Source of the DNA: Plasmodiophora brassicae
Taxonomy: Eukaryota
Length of the DNA stretch: 64,000 nt
NCBI GenBank assembly: GCA_036867785.1
Contig: CP145409.1
Span: 1,054,001 to 1,118,000 of the forward strand
Direction of reading: 5' to 3'
In this document: piece by piece, positions 1 through 10,984 of the stretch
Layout of the letters: every line of letters begins with the position of its first letter
Position numbering within the stretch: the stretch's first letter is position 1
Position numbers and translations under genes: made by a program
Notes under the pieces: model-generated
The model's input: only the letters and a program-made list of their open reading frames with translations
Databases searched by the model: none
What the model was told of the DNA's origin: nothing

Positions 1-1742
1 CCTGTGACACACGTCAGCAATCACGGCGTTGCTCGTCGTAACGCAGCCCTACCATTGATAGAAAAGCGACCGAAACCATTTGGACCCCGAGCTCCAGCAT
101 TCGCTGCATAACATCGATGCATCTCGCGAACCAGATGTCGGCGTGGAACGAGGCCAGCGCGTTCTCCTTCTGGGCTCGGGTTATGTAGGCTGACATGCTG
201 AAATTGCTCTCGAAGACAAACGAATCGCGAATGAAGAGCAAGCGCTGTTCGAGTAGATGTGCATACGCGATCAGTGTCGCGGAGAGCCAAGGTTCCACTT
301 CGTTCTGCTGCGACCGCCATCGTTCAGCGATTGTGAGTAGAAACGACCGGTGCTGCAGAGCCAACGAGGTGAGTCGTGGTGGCCCTTCTTGCAGGAGCTT
401 GTGAACGAGCTGTAGCGATTTGTAGGCAACCACGCCATTGACGAACACTGGAGCGCGGAACAAGCATTCGAACATTCCTGGCAATATGAAGGCGTTCCCC
501 GATTCTTGCTGCTCCCACGCCAAGATGACCATACGCCGAACGTACTTCGCTTTGGGAGGTACCATGTAAGGGCTGATGGCCTTCAGCGTCCAGGCGGTAA
601 CATCGGCGGTGATCCTCGCCGTAGCAGCGCTCGGCGACGCGGCAGGTGAGGGCGGGCGGACCGGAGGAGGAGTCGCGCTCCGGTCAATCAGGTTGTGTCC
701 CCATGTGTGTGCCAGAGCGGTGTCCGCCACCACGACGGGAGATGGGCCCACTGATTGCATAGAGGAATAATGATCATAGAGCTCAACGACCGTTCGATGA
801 AGATTTCGGATATCAGGCCGATCGGACGGCGTAATCTGAAGCATGGAATCAAGAAGATCGATGACCGGTTTCTCGTAAGCAGGAGAGCGAGGGACGTCAT
901 ACTGCCCGGCAACAATTGCCGGCTTGTCTTCAAAAGGGAACCTGCCGAAGAGCATAACATAAAGGACAACGCCAAGAGCCCAAATGTCGGCTTGCACGTC
1001 AACGATCCTGGTTTTTCGAATGGCGACGATTTCTGGAGACCGGTACGCCCGAGGCACGTCAATGAGCTGTTCAAACTTCCTCAGTTCGTCCTTTCCGCTG
1101 CATTTGATGGGCGACGAAGCGCTGTATCCCAGATCACCCAGCATCCACGATCCATCGGAATGCAGGAAGATGTTGTCGGTCCGCACACCCAGGTGCACAA
1201 CGGGCGGGTCGCATCCATGAAGGAAGTACAGCACACTGCACATATGACGCATAACACGCATAGCCTCAGGAACAGGCAGCGTCGCTCCCCGTTTCGCCAT
1301 ATGGTGTTTCAGAGACCCGCCAGCACAGTACTCCAGGATGAGAATGCTTTCGGAGTTGCCGTCCTTGTCAGCAAACCGCTTCAATCCGTAACACGTCAGC
1401 AAGTGCTTGTGCTTAGGAAGCTTTTGCTAAAAGACCAGTCGACGCGTTTAGCGACCCGATGGACATAACGCCAAGGAAACCTACATAGAGGTCGGCCTCC
1501 CACTTCGCTCGCGCGAACACGTCTGTTAGGCCCTTCTTGACGATTGTCCGTTTGACAACGAACGTCTGCCCATTGCTGTCTTTCGCCAGATACAAATGCC
1601 TATCTTTTCCTGAGCACAGCCACCGTCAACATATCACCTCAGACAACTGTCTGCAACGACTCGGACCCGATGATTTCAGTTGCACTTGGATGACCAGTTT
1701 GCGAGAACCGACTTCGACGACCTTGCCTTGCACGGCACCCAT
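1..1742 (-). CDS. NAK (AAK1/GAK-type) kinase-like domain fused to a Sla2/HIP1-type ANTH domain; multi-exon, runs off the left edge
   Basis: ATG at 1742 (MGAVQGKVVEVGSRKL). Exons give YLAKD..VVKR, ILILEYCAGGSL, YRSPE, ADIWALGVVLY and RPDI, then a Pro-rich linker and KAISPYMVPPKAKYVRR...VAYKSLQLVHKLLQEGPP (ANTH). The 3' end is not resolved. Confidence 0.8.
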
Positions 1743-2197
1743 CGCCGCAACGCTAACCAGTGCCCTGTCAGATCCTCCTGGCCGCCATCGCCCGCTACGA
1801 CATCACGTTGCGGTGCGAAATTCGTTGTTCGCTGTCACCGCCATCCAAAATGAAGGCCACGGCGTAACGTCAACGTCGGGGAGGACACAGACCAGGCCGC
1901 GGTGTGGCGGAGCTGATCGGGAACGAGATCCCGGGGCAAAAAAAGGGTTACATCACCATGCGGTTCCCCGGTGGTCCCCCTCCCGAGTACTGAACAGGCC
2001 AAACACCATTTGGCTTCGCAATTCGGAATGAGATACGGCACATTCGGTGTTGTATGAACGTAACCGGGAACAGTGTCGCATCCACAAGCCCATGACCGTA
2101 GTGGTCGCCTTATGCGCACTGTGAATGCGCCGGCCATCACCGTGGAGAAACTCATCAAGATGAAATCGATTGCACCTATGCACAAGGACCATGACGC

Positions 2198-2313
2198 GAA
2201 TGTTCTTGATTGTTTATTTCGCTCTGCGCCTGACGATCGAATTCGTGGAATGTTCACTAGTCGTGCGAACTTTCGGAAGAATGTTCTTGGGAATATTCCG
2301 AAGGGTATATAAA
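2198..2313 (+). promoter_or_regulatory. Heat-shock element cluster and TATA box of HSP70
   Basis: Five GAAnnTTC dyads at 2198, 2248, 2267, 2279 and 2291, followed by TATATAAA at 2306-2313, about 60 nt before the ATG. Confidence 0.85.
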
Positions 2314-2375
2314 CGTCAGCAATTAGGCACCTCAGAGCATTGAGGAAATCACAGTACATCAAGTGCACAACCATC

Positions 2376-4355
2376 ATGACGAACAACAAGAGCAACAGCA
2401 ACAACAGCAACAACAGCAACAAGGTTGCTATCGGTATCGACCTGGGAACGACATATTCCTGTGTTGGCGTCTGGAAGAACGGGAGCGTTGAGATCATCGC
2501 CAACGACCAAGGCAACCGCACAACACCGTCCTGGGTGGCGTTCACTGACACCGAACGCCTGATCGGCGACGCCGCCAAGAACCAGGCGGCTCGGAACCCG
2601 ACCAACACGATCTTCGATGCCAAGCGCCTGATCGGTCGCAAGTTCGCCGACCCGACCGTTCAGTCGGATCGGAAGCTGTGGCCGTTCGCCGTTGTCGAAG
2701 GCGATGCTGGGCGCCCAGTCATCAAGGTCGAGCACCAGGGCCAGACGAAGCTGTTCAAGCCGGAGGAGATCTCGTCGATGGTCCTGACCAAGATGAAGGA
2801 GACGGCGGAGGCGTACCTGGGCCAACCCGTCACCGATGCTGTCATCACCTGCCCGGCCTACTTCAACGACGCTCAGCGGCAGGCCACGAAGGACGCCGGT
2901 CGCATTGCTGGCCTGAACGTCCTTCGTATCATCAACGAGCCAACGGCAGCGGCCATCGCCTACGGCCTGGACAAGGGCGGCCCCGGGTCCCGCCAGCCCG
3001 GCGAGCACAACGTCCTAATCTTCGACCTGGGTGGCGGCACCTTCGACGTGTCGTTGCTGACGATGGACGGCGGCGTCTTCGAGGTGAAGGCCACGGCCGG
3101 CAACACGCACCTGGGCGGCGAGGACTTCGACGACCGCCTCGTGCAGCACTTCGTGGACGAATTCAAACGCAAGAACCGCGGCGCCGACCTGACCGGCAAC
3201 CAGCGCGCTCTTCGTCGCCTGCGAACGCAATGTGAGAAGGCGAAACGCGCTCTGTCGTCGTCGACGCAGGCCACGATCGAAGTCGATTCGTTGCACGACG
3301 GCGCCGACTTCAGCTCGACGATCACTCGGGCGCGATTCGAGGCGCTGTGCCAGGACCTGTTCGACAAGTGCCTGGGCCCGGTGGACCAGGTGCTGAAGGA
3401 CTCGGGCATCAGCAAGTCGCAGGTCGACGAGGTGGTCCTGGTCGGCGGGTCGACGCGGATCCCCAAGATCCAGGCCATGCTGTCGTCGTACTTTGGCGGG
3501 AAGACGTTGTGCCAGTCGATCAACCCGGACGAGGCGGTGGCATTCGGGGCGGCCGTCCAGGCGGCCATCCTGACGGGAACGGCAACGGGTCAGGCGAACG
3601 ACCTGCTCTTGCTGGACGTGGCGCCGCTGTCGCTGGGCATTGAGACGGCCGGCGGCGTCATGACGACGCTGATCCCGAGGAACACCACCGTCCCGTGCAA
3701 GAAGACGCAGACCTTCTCAACGTACGCTGACAATCAGCCCGCGGTCGACATTCAGGTCTTCGAAGGGGAGCGATCGCGGACGAGGGACAACAATCTGCTG
3801 GGCAAGTTCCAGCTGACGGGCATCCCGCCGAAGCCACGTGGTGTGCCCCAGATCGAGGTCACGTTCGACCTCGACGCCAACGGCATCCTGAATGTCAGCG
3901 CCGAGGACAAGTCGACCGGCAAGTCGCACAAGATCACCATCACCAACGATAAGTCGCGCCTGTCCAACGCCGACATCGAGAAGATGGTTCGGGAGGCCGA
4001 GAAGTACAAGGCTGACGACGACGCCCACAGGGCGCGTGTCGAGGCGAAGAACCACGCCGAGAATTACGTCTACAGCATCCGCAACATGATCGCTGAACAA
4101 GGCGAGTCCATAGCGCAGGTGGATCGTGACCAGCTCGACGGGGCGGTGCGCGAGGCGACCGCCTGGCTCGACCAGCACGGCGAAACGGCCAGTGTTGAAG
4201 AGTTGCAAGCCAAGCAGCACGAGATGGAGCAGTTCTGCAACGGGATCCTCGCCAAGCAACACGCTGGCAACAGCGGCAACGGGCGGTGTGGCCCGACCGG
4301 ATCGATGCCTGGGTCGGCAAGTGGCCGTGGACCTGTTGTCGAAGAAGTCGACTAA
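2376..4355 (+). CDS. HSP70: Cytosolic HSP70, intronless
   Basis: [33 protein letters not shown] and C-terminal GPVVEEVD. First ATG is at 2376. Confidence 0.98.
   Translation: MTNNKSNSNNSNNSNKVAIGIDLGTTYSCVGVWKNGSVEIIANDQGNRTTPSWVAFTDTERLIGDAAKNQAARNPTNTIFDAKRLIGRKFADPTVQSDRKLWPFAVVEGDAGRPVIKVEHQGQTKLFKPEEISSMVLTKMKETAEAYLGQPVTDAVITCPAYFNDAQRQATKDAGRIAGLNVLRIINEPTAAAIAYGLDKGGPGSRQPGEHNVLIFDLGGGTFDVSLLTMDGGVFEVKATAGNTHLGGEDFDDRLVQHFVDEFKRKNRGADLTGNQRALRRLRTQCEKAKRALSSSTQATIEVDSLHDGADFSSTITRARFEALCQDLFDKCLGPVDQVLKDSGISKSQVDEVVLVGGSTRIPKIQAMLSSYFGGKTLCQSINPDEAVAFGAAVQAAILTGTATGQANDLLLLDVAPLSLGIETAGGVMTTLIPRNTTVPCKKTQTFSTYADNQPAVDIQVFEGERSRTRDNNLLGKFQLTGIPPKPRGVPQIEVTFDLDANGILNVSAEDKSTGKSHKITITNDKSRLSNADIEKMVREAEKYKADDDAHRARVEAKNHAENYVYSIRNMIAEQGESIAQVDRDQLDGAVREATAWLDQHGETASVEELQAKQHEMEQFCNGILAKQHAGNSGNGRCGPTGSMPGSASGRGPVVEEVD
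2391..2422 (+). repeat. Coding 9-mer tandem repeat (AGCAACAAC)x3 giving an Asn/Ser N-terminal extension on HSP70
   Basis: agcaacagcaacaacagcaacaacagcaacaa, encoding [10 protein letters not shown]. Confidence 0.7.
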
Positions 4356-4539
4356 ACGTACGGCGGCGACCTCTAGCCACCAATGTAACTACGTGGCCAA
4401 TACACCCATAATATTTGGTTTCAGCTTTGTGTGCCAGCCTGTGCAGATACGGCACACGCTGACAATAGCGTCGTCGCCAATCCCAGGACTGAACAACGTA
4501 CAATACGGGTTTATCGTGGTATAATAGTTAGAGGTACAA

Positions 4540-6033
4540 TTAGAATGCGATGCTGGTGCTAGTTCGTTTGTCCCCTTGTGGACGTGGTTTAACGAGAATG
4601 GTACTCGTATTGGATGATTCGAACTGAGCAAGGATGGCGTCCTCTTTGACAGTATCGATAAAGCTGTTCCATGCGCCTGGGTTGGCCACGCGGAACCTGC
4701 CCAGCGTATTCGTAAACATCAACGATAAGACAACTGTAGACGCCTTGTCGAACAGGCCTTTCACGAGCATCCCTCGTTGAATCAGGTCGCCTTCGGTGCA
4801 TCCGGGCGTGAAGACATTTCCGAACTGGCAGGTCGGGTCGCCGTCTAGGTTCAACTCGAACGGTGCATATGGTGCTAGGTACTGCCTGAAGATATGACAT
4901 GCCATCGCAGCCGACTTCAACGAGTTTTCGACAAACGTTCGACGGTAATCCTGGACAGCCTTCCAGAACAGCAGATTCTCCAGGGAGAACTCCAGCTCCA
5001 ACTGTTTCCTGTCAAACGGATATAAGCACTTCAACGAGGGTGCCCCGACGTCTCTTGCCTGAACGCTTCGAAGCCTGCTGGCGTAGACAAGAACCTTTCA
5101 AACAAACCGATATCGTCGGTTGCGCCGTCGAGAGCGACAGGGGGCTGCGAATATGAATGCCACAGGGGAATATGAATGGAACTGTTCACCAGACAGCAAA
5201 CGTTTAGATCGTTTCTCGGCAACGACCACAGACGATCCGCGTTACAATGTGAGCAACGCGGTGCAGCAGACGATACCGACGACGGTATTGACGCTGACCA
5301 TGTGTCCAGTGGCACTCGTGATCGGTCGGATTGCGAAGGCGTACATGACGACGCCGACGAGGGAGCACAGACCGATCTGTTTCAGGCACCGTTTGATGCC
5401 GAGAGAATCGGATACAATCCGCATCCGGTACGATAGAATGATGATCAGGACCATGCTAACGCCCATCTTGTACACACCAATGTTCACGAGTGTGGACGCG
5501 GGAGATGTCGGGTCCGCGTACGTGTTGTCGTTCAACGCGGTGAACAGCCCTGGGTATCTTGACGCATACCAGAACTCCACAATGGCGTAGACGATGGCGT
5601 TGACCACGACGTAGGCGATGCGGGGTCGTCGATCGAGCAAGCCGTGCGCAATCGTTAGCTTGGGAGCATCTGTCACAACGCTATCCGCCTTGTCCATTGC
5701 CTGCACAATCTTCAGCTGGCTCTGCGTCCGGTTGAACATCAGCCAGAGCGTCAGCGCCGCGATGGTGAACGTATCGGCAGCGAGCACCATGAAGAACGTT
5801 GGCAGGAAGGCACTCCAGAAAAACGGGACGCGGTCGTAGTACTCGTTCGTGGCATACAGTGAGAGTGCAAAGATCCAGGCGAACAGGCTCCCAGCCAGCA
5901 TCTCCATTGGGAGTCGCTGCCGAATTGGCCATCGGTCCATCCGGAGGCAGAAGAGGACCAGCCCAACCCCACCGTATACGAAAATTGCGACACCCAAGGC
6001 GAACAAGAAGGCCTCCACGCCGACGCTCTTCAT
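4540..6033 (-). CDS. 7TM-RGS protein, family A, copy A1 (3 exons)
   Basis: Seven hydrophobic segments at 6033-5246. Intron 5245-5182 and a second intron at about 5058-5009. RGS box: FERFLSTPAGFEAF, EFSLENLLFW, IFRQYLAPYAPFELNLD, LFDKA...LMFTNTLGRF. Confidence 0.9.
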
Positions 6034-6219
6034 CGCTGAGCCCCCTCCGGGTACCTCGATCTCTTCCTATATAGAACTAATAAAAACGTGTACGGTCGTA
6101 TCGCCTGGGCCGGACTGTTCGAATGAGGCCAAATGCCAATGGTGGCCGTTTGACTGTAGTTACAAAATCGTTCTGGACTGATCCCTTAGCGGTCATATTC
6201 GCACACGAATGCGAACATG

Positions 6220-7347
6220 TCATATCGGCATGGCCGGCGCGTGCATGGCCGGTGGTTCGATCACGATGTGATGTTTGGGCTCAACCGTGTCGTCCTTAAA
6301 GGGTTCGTCGTCGACAGTCCAAAAGACATAGGCAACGTAGATGGTCACCATTACGTCGATGAAGAATGACAGGGAGCGGAAAACCAACTGCATGCCAGGA
6401 GGCGACTCGAAGCCGAGGTGTGGCATACCAGCCAGAAAGAGAAGATAATTCGAGCACGCGTGCAGGACCATCTGCTTCCAGACGCCGGGCAGTGTGACCA
6501 TGAAGCGATGCCGCTGCCGATCGATCATGCGAGATATTGCTTGTCCGGACATGACGGCGCAGGCAACGTGAAACGGGATGCACAGCAGCGTCCTTATCAT
6601 GATCGTGGACAGCGACGTGCCCTCGCACGACATGACACGCCAGTAATAGAGCAGGTTCTCTGCAGTGGCAAACGATAACCCACTGGTGACGGCACACAAG
6701 GTGACCTGCAGGCGAGAGCGCGGTCGACCGAGACGCTTCGCTGCGACAGACGTTAGCCACCACTTGTACAACTCCTCCCAAACGCCCGGAGAGATTGCAA
6801 TCGCTATCAGGTAGAACACGTAGATCCTCCAGGTTCCCTGCTGCAACTCGTCTTTGGCGTCACGCCCGGACAGTACCATTTTCATGGCGACACGAGAGGT
6901 AGTCGTGTTGAGCACGTAGGGGATGAACGTACAGATGAACCCGAGCGCGTAGACCAGTGTCAGATCCGTGGTCGTCATGGGATGGACGCGGTCTCTACGC
7001 TGCTGGCGGAGCGCGTTCCACAGGAACAGGAGAGCAGTCGGGGACAACAGCATCGGGAACAGGTAGAACGACGACTTGTGGAAGCGAACTGTGAAGACGA
7101 CCCAGAGTAACAGGATCAAGCCCCAGAACAAGGCCGTCAACGCGCGGCCAGCGGACGTCGCCATTACAGCGGAACGACACGGCAGCACCTGATGACGACC
7201 TCGGAACGAGTGACGAACCTGCAGAAAACCTATAATTAGGCACACCGACAGGCCGAGTGTACGTAGTGTCGAACTTTGCACTGTGGCTGGCATGCGCTGT
7301 ACGTCCCAGGTGCATTCACCATCGCTATCGCCTTGGAATGCGATCAT
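6220..7347 (-). CDS. PrsW-family (glutamic-type) intramembrane protease
   Basis: Multi-TM protein with the four PrsW motifs: EELYK, GLSFATAENLLY, RTLLCIPFH and LHACSN. True start uncertain; a plausible ATG is at 7164. Confidence 0.85.
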   Translation of the reverse strand: MIAFQGDSDGECTWDVQRMPATVQSSTLRTLGLSVCLIIGFLQVRHSFRGRHQVLPCRSAVMATSAGRALTALFWGLILLLWVVFTVRFHKSSFYLFPMLLSPTALLFLWNALRQQRRDRVHPMTTTDLTLVYALGFICTFIPYVLNTTTSRVAMKMVLSGRDAKDELQQGTWRIYVFYLIAIAISPGVWEELYKWWLTSVAAKRLGRPRSRLQVTLCAVTSGLSFATAENLLYYWRVMSCEGTSLSTIMIRTLLCIPFHVACAVMSGQAISRMIDRQRHRFMVTLPGVWKQMVLHACSNYLLFLAGMPHLGFESPPGMQLVFRSLSFFIDVMVTIYVAYVFWTVDDEPFKDDTVEPKHHIVIEPPAMHAPAMPI

Positions 7348-8112
7348 CTATACCAGCTCTGTATACAGGCCGGCGCTGGTGTCTCTGACAAACCAGTTCG
7401 GTACGTGGTCGCTAATAATAGTTGGATTCTACCTACATACACATAGCTATGCACTGCCTGCACTGCTGTGGGTTGGTATGCCAAGATTTAGTAGCAGGCA
7501 CTAGTCCTCTCAGGGGGTTCATATACGTTCCTTCGACCGTTCAGATCAATGCAAGTCAGGAACCTCCAGAGGGTTCCATGAGGTTGGCGGCTGAAATACG
7601 CATTGTGCTTCAAGACGTCAGGCGCGCCCTTGTCACGGACGTCGGTGACGCTGGCAACCTAGTTGCGATCGCCCTTGCACAATCCTCGGCAAGTGCGCGC
7701 CTGACGTCGTGCAGCACGTGCTGGCGCGCTCGGGGATAAGTAAAACGTAATCTTGCGAAAAGAAATTATGATGCCACCTTTGATTGCCTGCCGAACCTTG
7801 CGGTTGCCATTGCTGCCTGCGCGCAAGCCCGGGTCGTTTCGATATCGGGCGTTGTAGAATGGTGCTCGAATACGGTCATTGCATCGTATACGTAGTTGAG
7901 CGCCAATATAATATTCACGGAATTGTTAGGGCGTCTCGATGCATTCGAGTGCATTAACCTCACCCATAGGTGTAGACATTTCGTCGCTCTCAGGGACATA
8001 TTCCGGGCATCCTCATGCGTTGTGCAACGCAACGATATGGTTTCTTCCACGCAATGATGTGTTTGTTTACCACACAGAGACAATGCTTGAGGTCCGGGAA
8101 CGCTATACGTTG

Positions 8113-9610
8113 CTAGAGAGGATTCGTCGGTCGAGGGGGTACAGGACAGCTTTCAGCCCAGGTGGGTTCGACGATAACGCCCGTCGTATGGGTCTCGAGC
8201 TCTGCCAGAATGGCATCTTCTCGGGCGCCATCCATAAAGTTCTGCCAGGAGTCTGGACGTGCCTTCCGAAACCTGACAAACGAGTTCGTGTACATCAACC
8301 TTAGAACAACCGCACGCGCTTCGTCGAACAAGTCTTTGGTCAGCTGGCCTCGCTGAGCAAGGTCGCCTCCGTTGCAGTCAGGCGTGAAGATGACCTGGAA
8401 TCGGTGGAGCTGGTCACCGTCCAGGTTCACCTCGAAGGGTGCATTTCGTGCCAGGTACCGCCTGTAGATGCGTAGCGCCATTTCCGCTGACCTTGGGCTG
8501 TTCGTGAAGGTTCGCCGGTACTCCTGGACGTCCTCCCAGAACAATAAATTCTCCAGCGCCAACTCCAACTCCAGCTGTTTCCTGAAGAGCGCTGTCAGAT
8601 TCGCGGCAAACTCAAGATGGTCAGGTCTTCCTGACTTGAAGGTTTCGAATCCTTCAGACGAGCATAAAAACGATTCGAACAGGCCCAGGTTGCCCATGGT
8701 CTGGTCGACGGGGTCCGGCTGCTGCGAGTACGAATCCCTTACCGGAATGTGAATGGATCTGTCCAGCGCCAAAGCAGGTCATTACGATTTTCTGTATATT
8801 CGAGCAGCAAGCGTCGCGTTACAATGTGAGCAGCACGGCGCAGACGACAATGGCCACGACGGAGTTGACGTCGACGACGTTTCCCGTGGCACTACGAATC
8901 GGCTGGGCAATGAACGCGTAAATGACGACGCCGACTATGGAGCACACGCCGATCCGTTTCAGGCTGCGTTTGATGCCGAGCGCATCCGACACGATGCGCA
9001 TGCGGATGGACAGGATGATGACAAGAGTCATGCTGACCCCCATCTTGTAGACGCCAATGCTCTCCAGAGTGGTAGTCGGCGACGTCGGATCCGAGAACGA
9101 GTCCGCATCGGCGGACGTGAACAGGTCTGGGTGCCTCAACGTGTACCCGACCGCAATGGCCGTGTAGACGATGGCATTGCCGACGACGTATGCAATGCGA
9201 GCGCGTCGACGAAGCAGGCCCTTTGTGATGGCCAGGCTGCGGACGGTTTGCGCGACGTTCTCAGCATCGGTTGCGCGTCGGGCGATCTTCAACTGGCCCT
9301 GCGTTCGGCTAAACATCAGCCAGAGCGTCCATGCCACGATGGTGAACGTGTCCGCAGCCAGCTGCATGAAGATCGCATTGGAGTACACGACCCAGAACGG
9401 CGGCATATAGTCGACGAGCGCGTTTGTGATTGAGCACGACAGCGAGAACAACCACGCGAACACGCTTCCCGCCAGCATCTCCATGGGCAAGCGCCTCCGA
9501 ATCGGCCACCGATCTAGTCGGGCACAGTACAGGACGAGCCCTGTCCCGCCATACGTGAAGGTCGCCACGCCCAGCACGGCCCAGAACACGACAACGCCAA
9601 TACTGTTCAT
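8113..9610 (-). CDS. 7TM-RGS protein, family A, copy A2
   Basis: Paralog of A1 (DRWPIRRRLPMEML, AADTFTI, IGVYKMG, DALGIKR) with the same intron positions. RGS ELALENLLFW...APFEVNLD...LMYTNSFVRF. Alternative in-frame ATG at 9634. Confidence 0.9.
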
Positions 9611-9759
9611 TGGGGAGGGCAATGGTCGTACCATCGATCGCTCGATTCATACGACGTGTATTGTGAAATCGACATGAGCTGGCGAGGCCCTTGTTGATCC
9701 ACCGCCAGACACGGCATCAAGAAATACGTCATCTTGTATGGGGCAGGGTCCCTCACACA

Positions 9760-10864
9760 TCAGATCCTTGTAGCGGTCGTCGGGGAGACAGTATGAACGG
9801 CTGCCGTCGTTTCAGAGAGTGCCACCTGATGTCGGCTGGCCGGGAACGGTTGCCGTCCGACCTGGCCCAGGACAGCACCGTCGTGCACGCGAGCGATGAA
9901 GTCGCACCAAATGTCAGGGTGCGCTACACGAAACCTGCCCAGGGAATTCGAGTGCATCAGTAGCAGGACCGCCCCAGATGCCTTGTCGAATACGCCTTTT
10001 GGGAACATGAATGGAACTGACAGCACATGAAACGAGGACAGCGCGACGTCTCCGAAGCGAAGCGCATCACGTTACAAGGTCAGCATCACGGCGGAGGTGG
10101 CCATGGCGACGACGGAGTTGACGCTGACGACGCCCCCGGTGGCATTCGTAATCGGCCCAGCAATGAACGCGTAAATGGTGACGCCGACCAACGAGCAGGC
10201 ACCAATCTGCCTCAGGGCGCGGTTGATCCCGAACGCGTCCGGCACGATGCGCATCCGGGACGACAGGATGCTGACGGCAACCATGCTAACGCCCATCTTG
10301 TAGACGCCGATGCTCTCGAGGAACTTGGCGGGCGATGCCTGACCCCAGAAGGGTTGCTTCTGTACTAAGGCAAACAGTTCAGGCTGCACGACCATGGTTT
10401 ATCCGATCGTTACGATCGTGTACAGAATAACGTTGACGGCGACGTACAAGATACGGGGCCTGGGATCAAGTAGGACCTGGCTGACGGCCAGACTACGGAC
10501 GGCGGCTGCGATGCGGCTCGTATCACTTGCGTGGGCGATGCTCCTGGTCTTGCGTCCGGTTGCACATCAACGAGAGCGTTAGTGCCGCAATGGAGAACGT
10601 GTCCGCTGCCAGCAGCATGAAGGTCGCAGGCAGGTACACCGACCAGAACAGGGGCAGGAGGCCACGAGTGCGTTCGTGACGGAGACGGACAGCGCAAGGA
10701 TCCAGACGCACAAGCTCCCAGACAGGATCTCCACTGGTAGGCGCTGGTGAATGAATGGGCTATCGGCCCATCTGAATGTAAAACAGAACGAGCCCGGCCC
10801 CTCCGTAGGCGAACATTGCTAAACCCAGTGCGACCCACAGGGCATCTACGCCGACGTCGTCCAT
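9760..10864 (-). pseudogene. 7TM-RGS family A pseudogene (A3)
   Basis: Starts MDDVGVDALW at 10864. Lesions: TGG>TAG stop at 10762-10760, an ATTC duplication frameshift, small deletions, TAA at 10401-10399, and a large deletion joining SIHVP directly to KGVFDKA at about 10000, which removes most of the RGS box. Confidence 0.85.
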
Positions 10865-10984
10865 CGTTGAGCCGCCTCCTCGGTACCTCGATCGCCTATG
10901 CACTGCGGAAACCAGCCATCGGTCGTTGGGCTTGTACCTATATGTATCATGCGTAGATTGCCTAGGCGCGACGCCACGCTCCTC

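Noticed and set aside
1835-4262. Several long minus-strand ORFs over HSP70
   Set aside because: Antisense shadows caused by strong GC3 codon bias; well known for HSP70 genes.
7400-8100. Short ORFs between PrsW and receptor A2; possible mobile-element remnant
   Set aside because: No terminal repeats, target-site duplication or transposase motifs could be identified.
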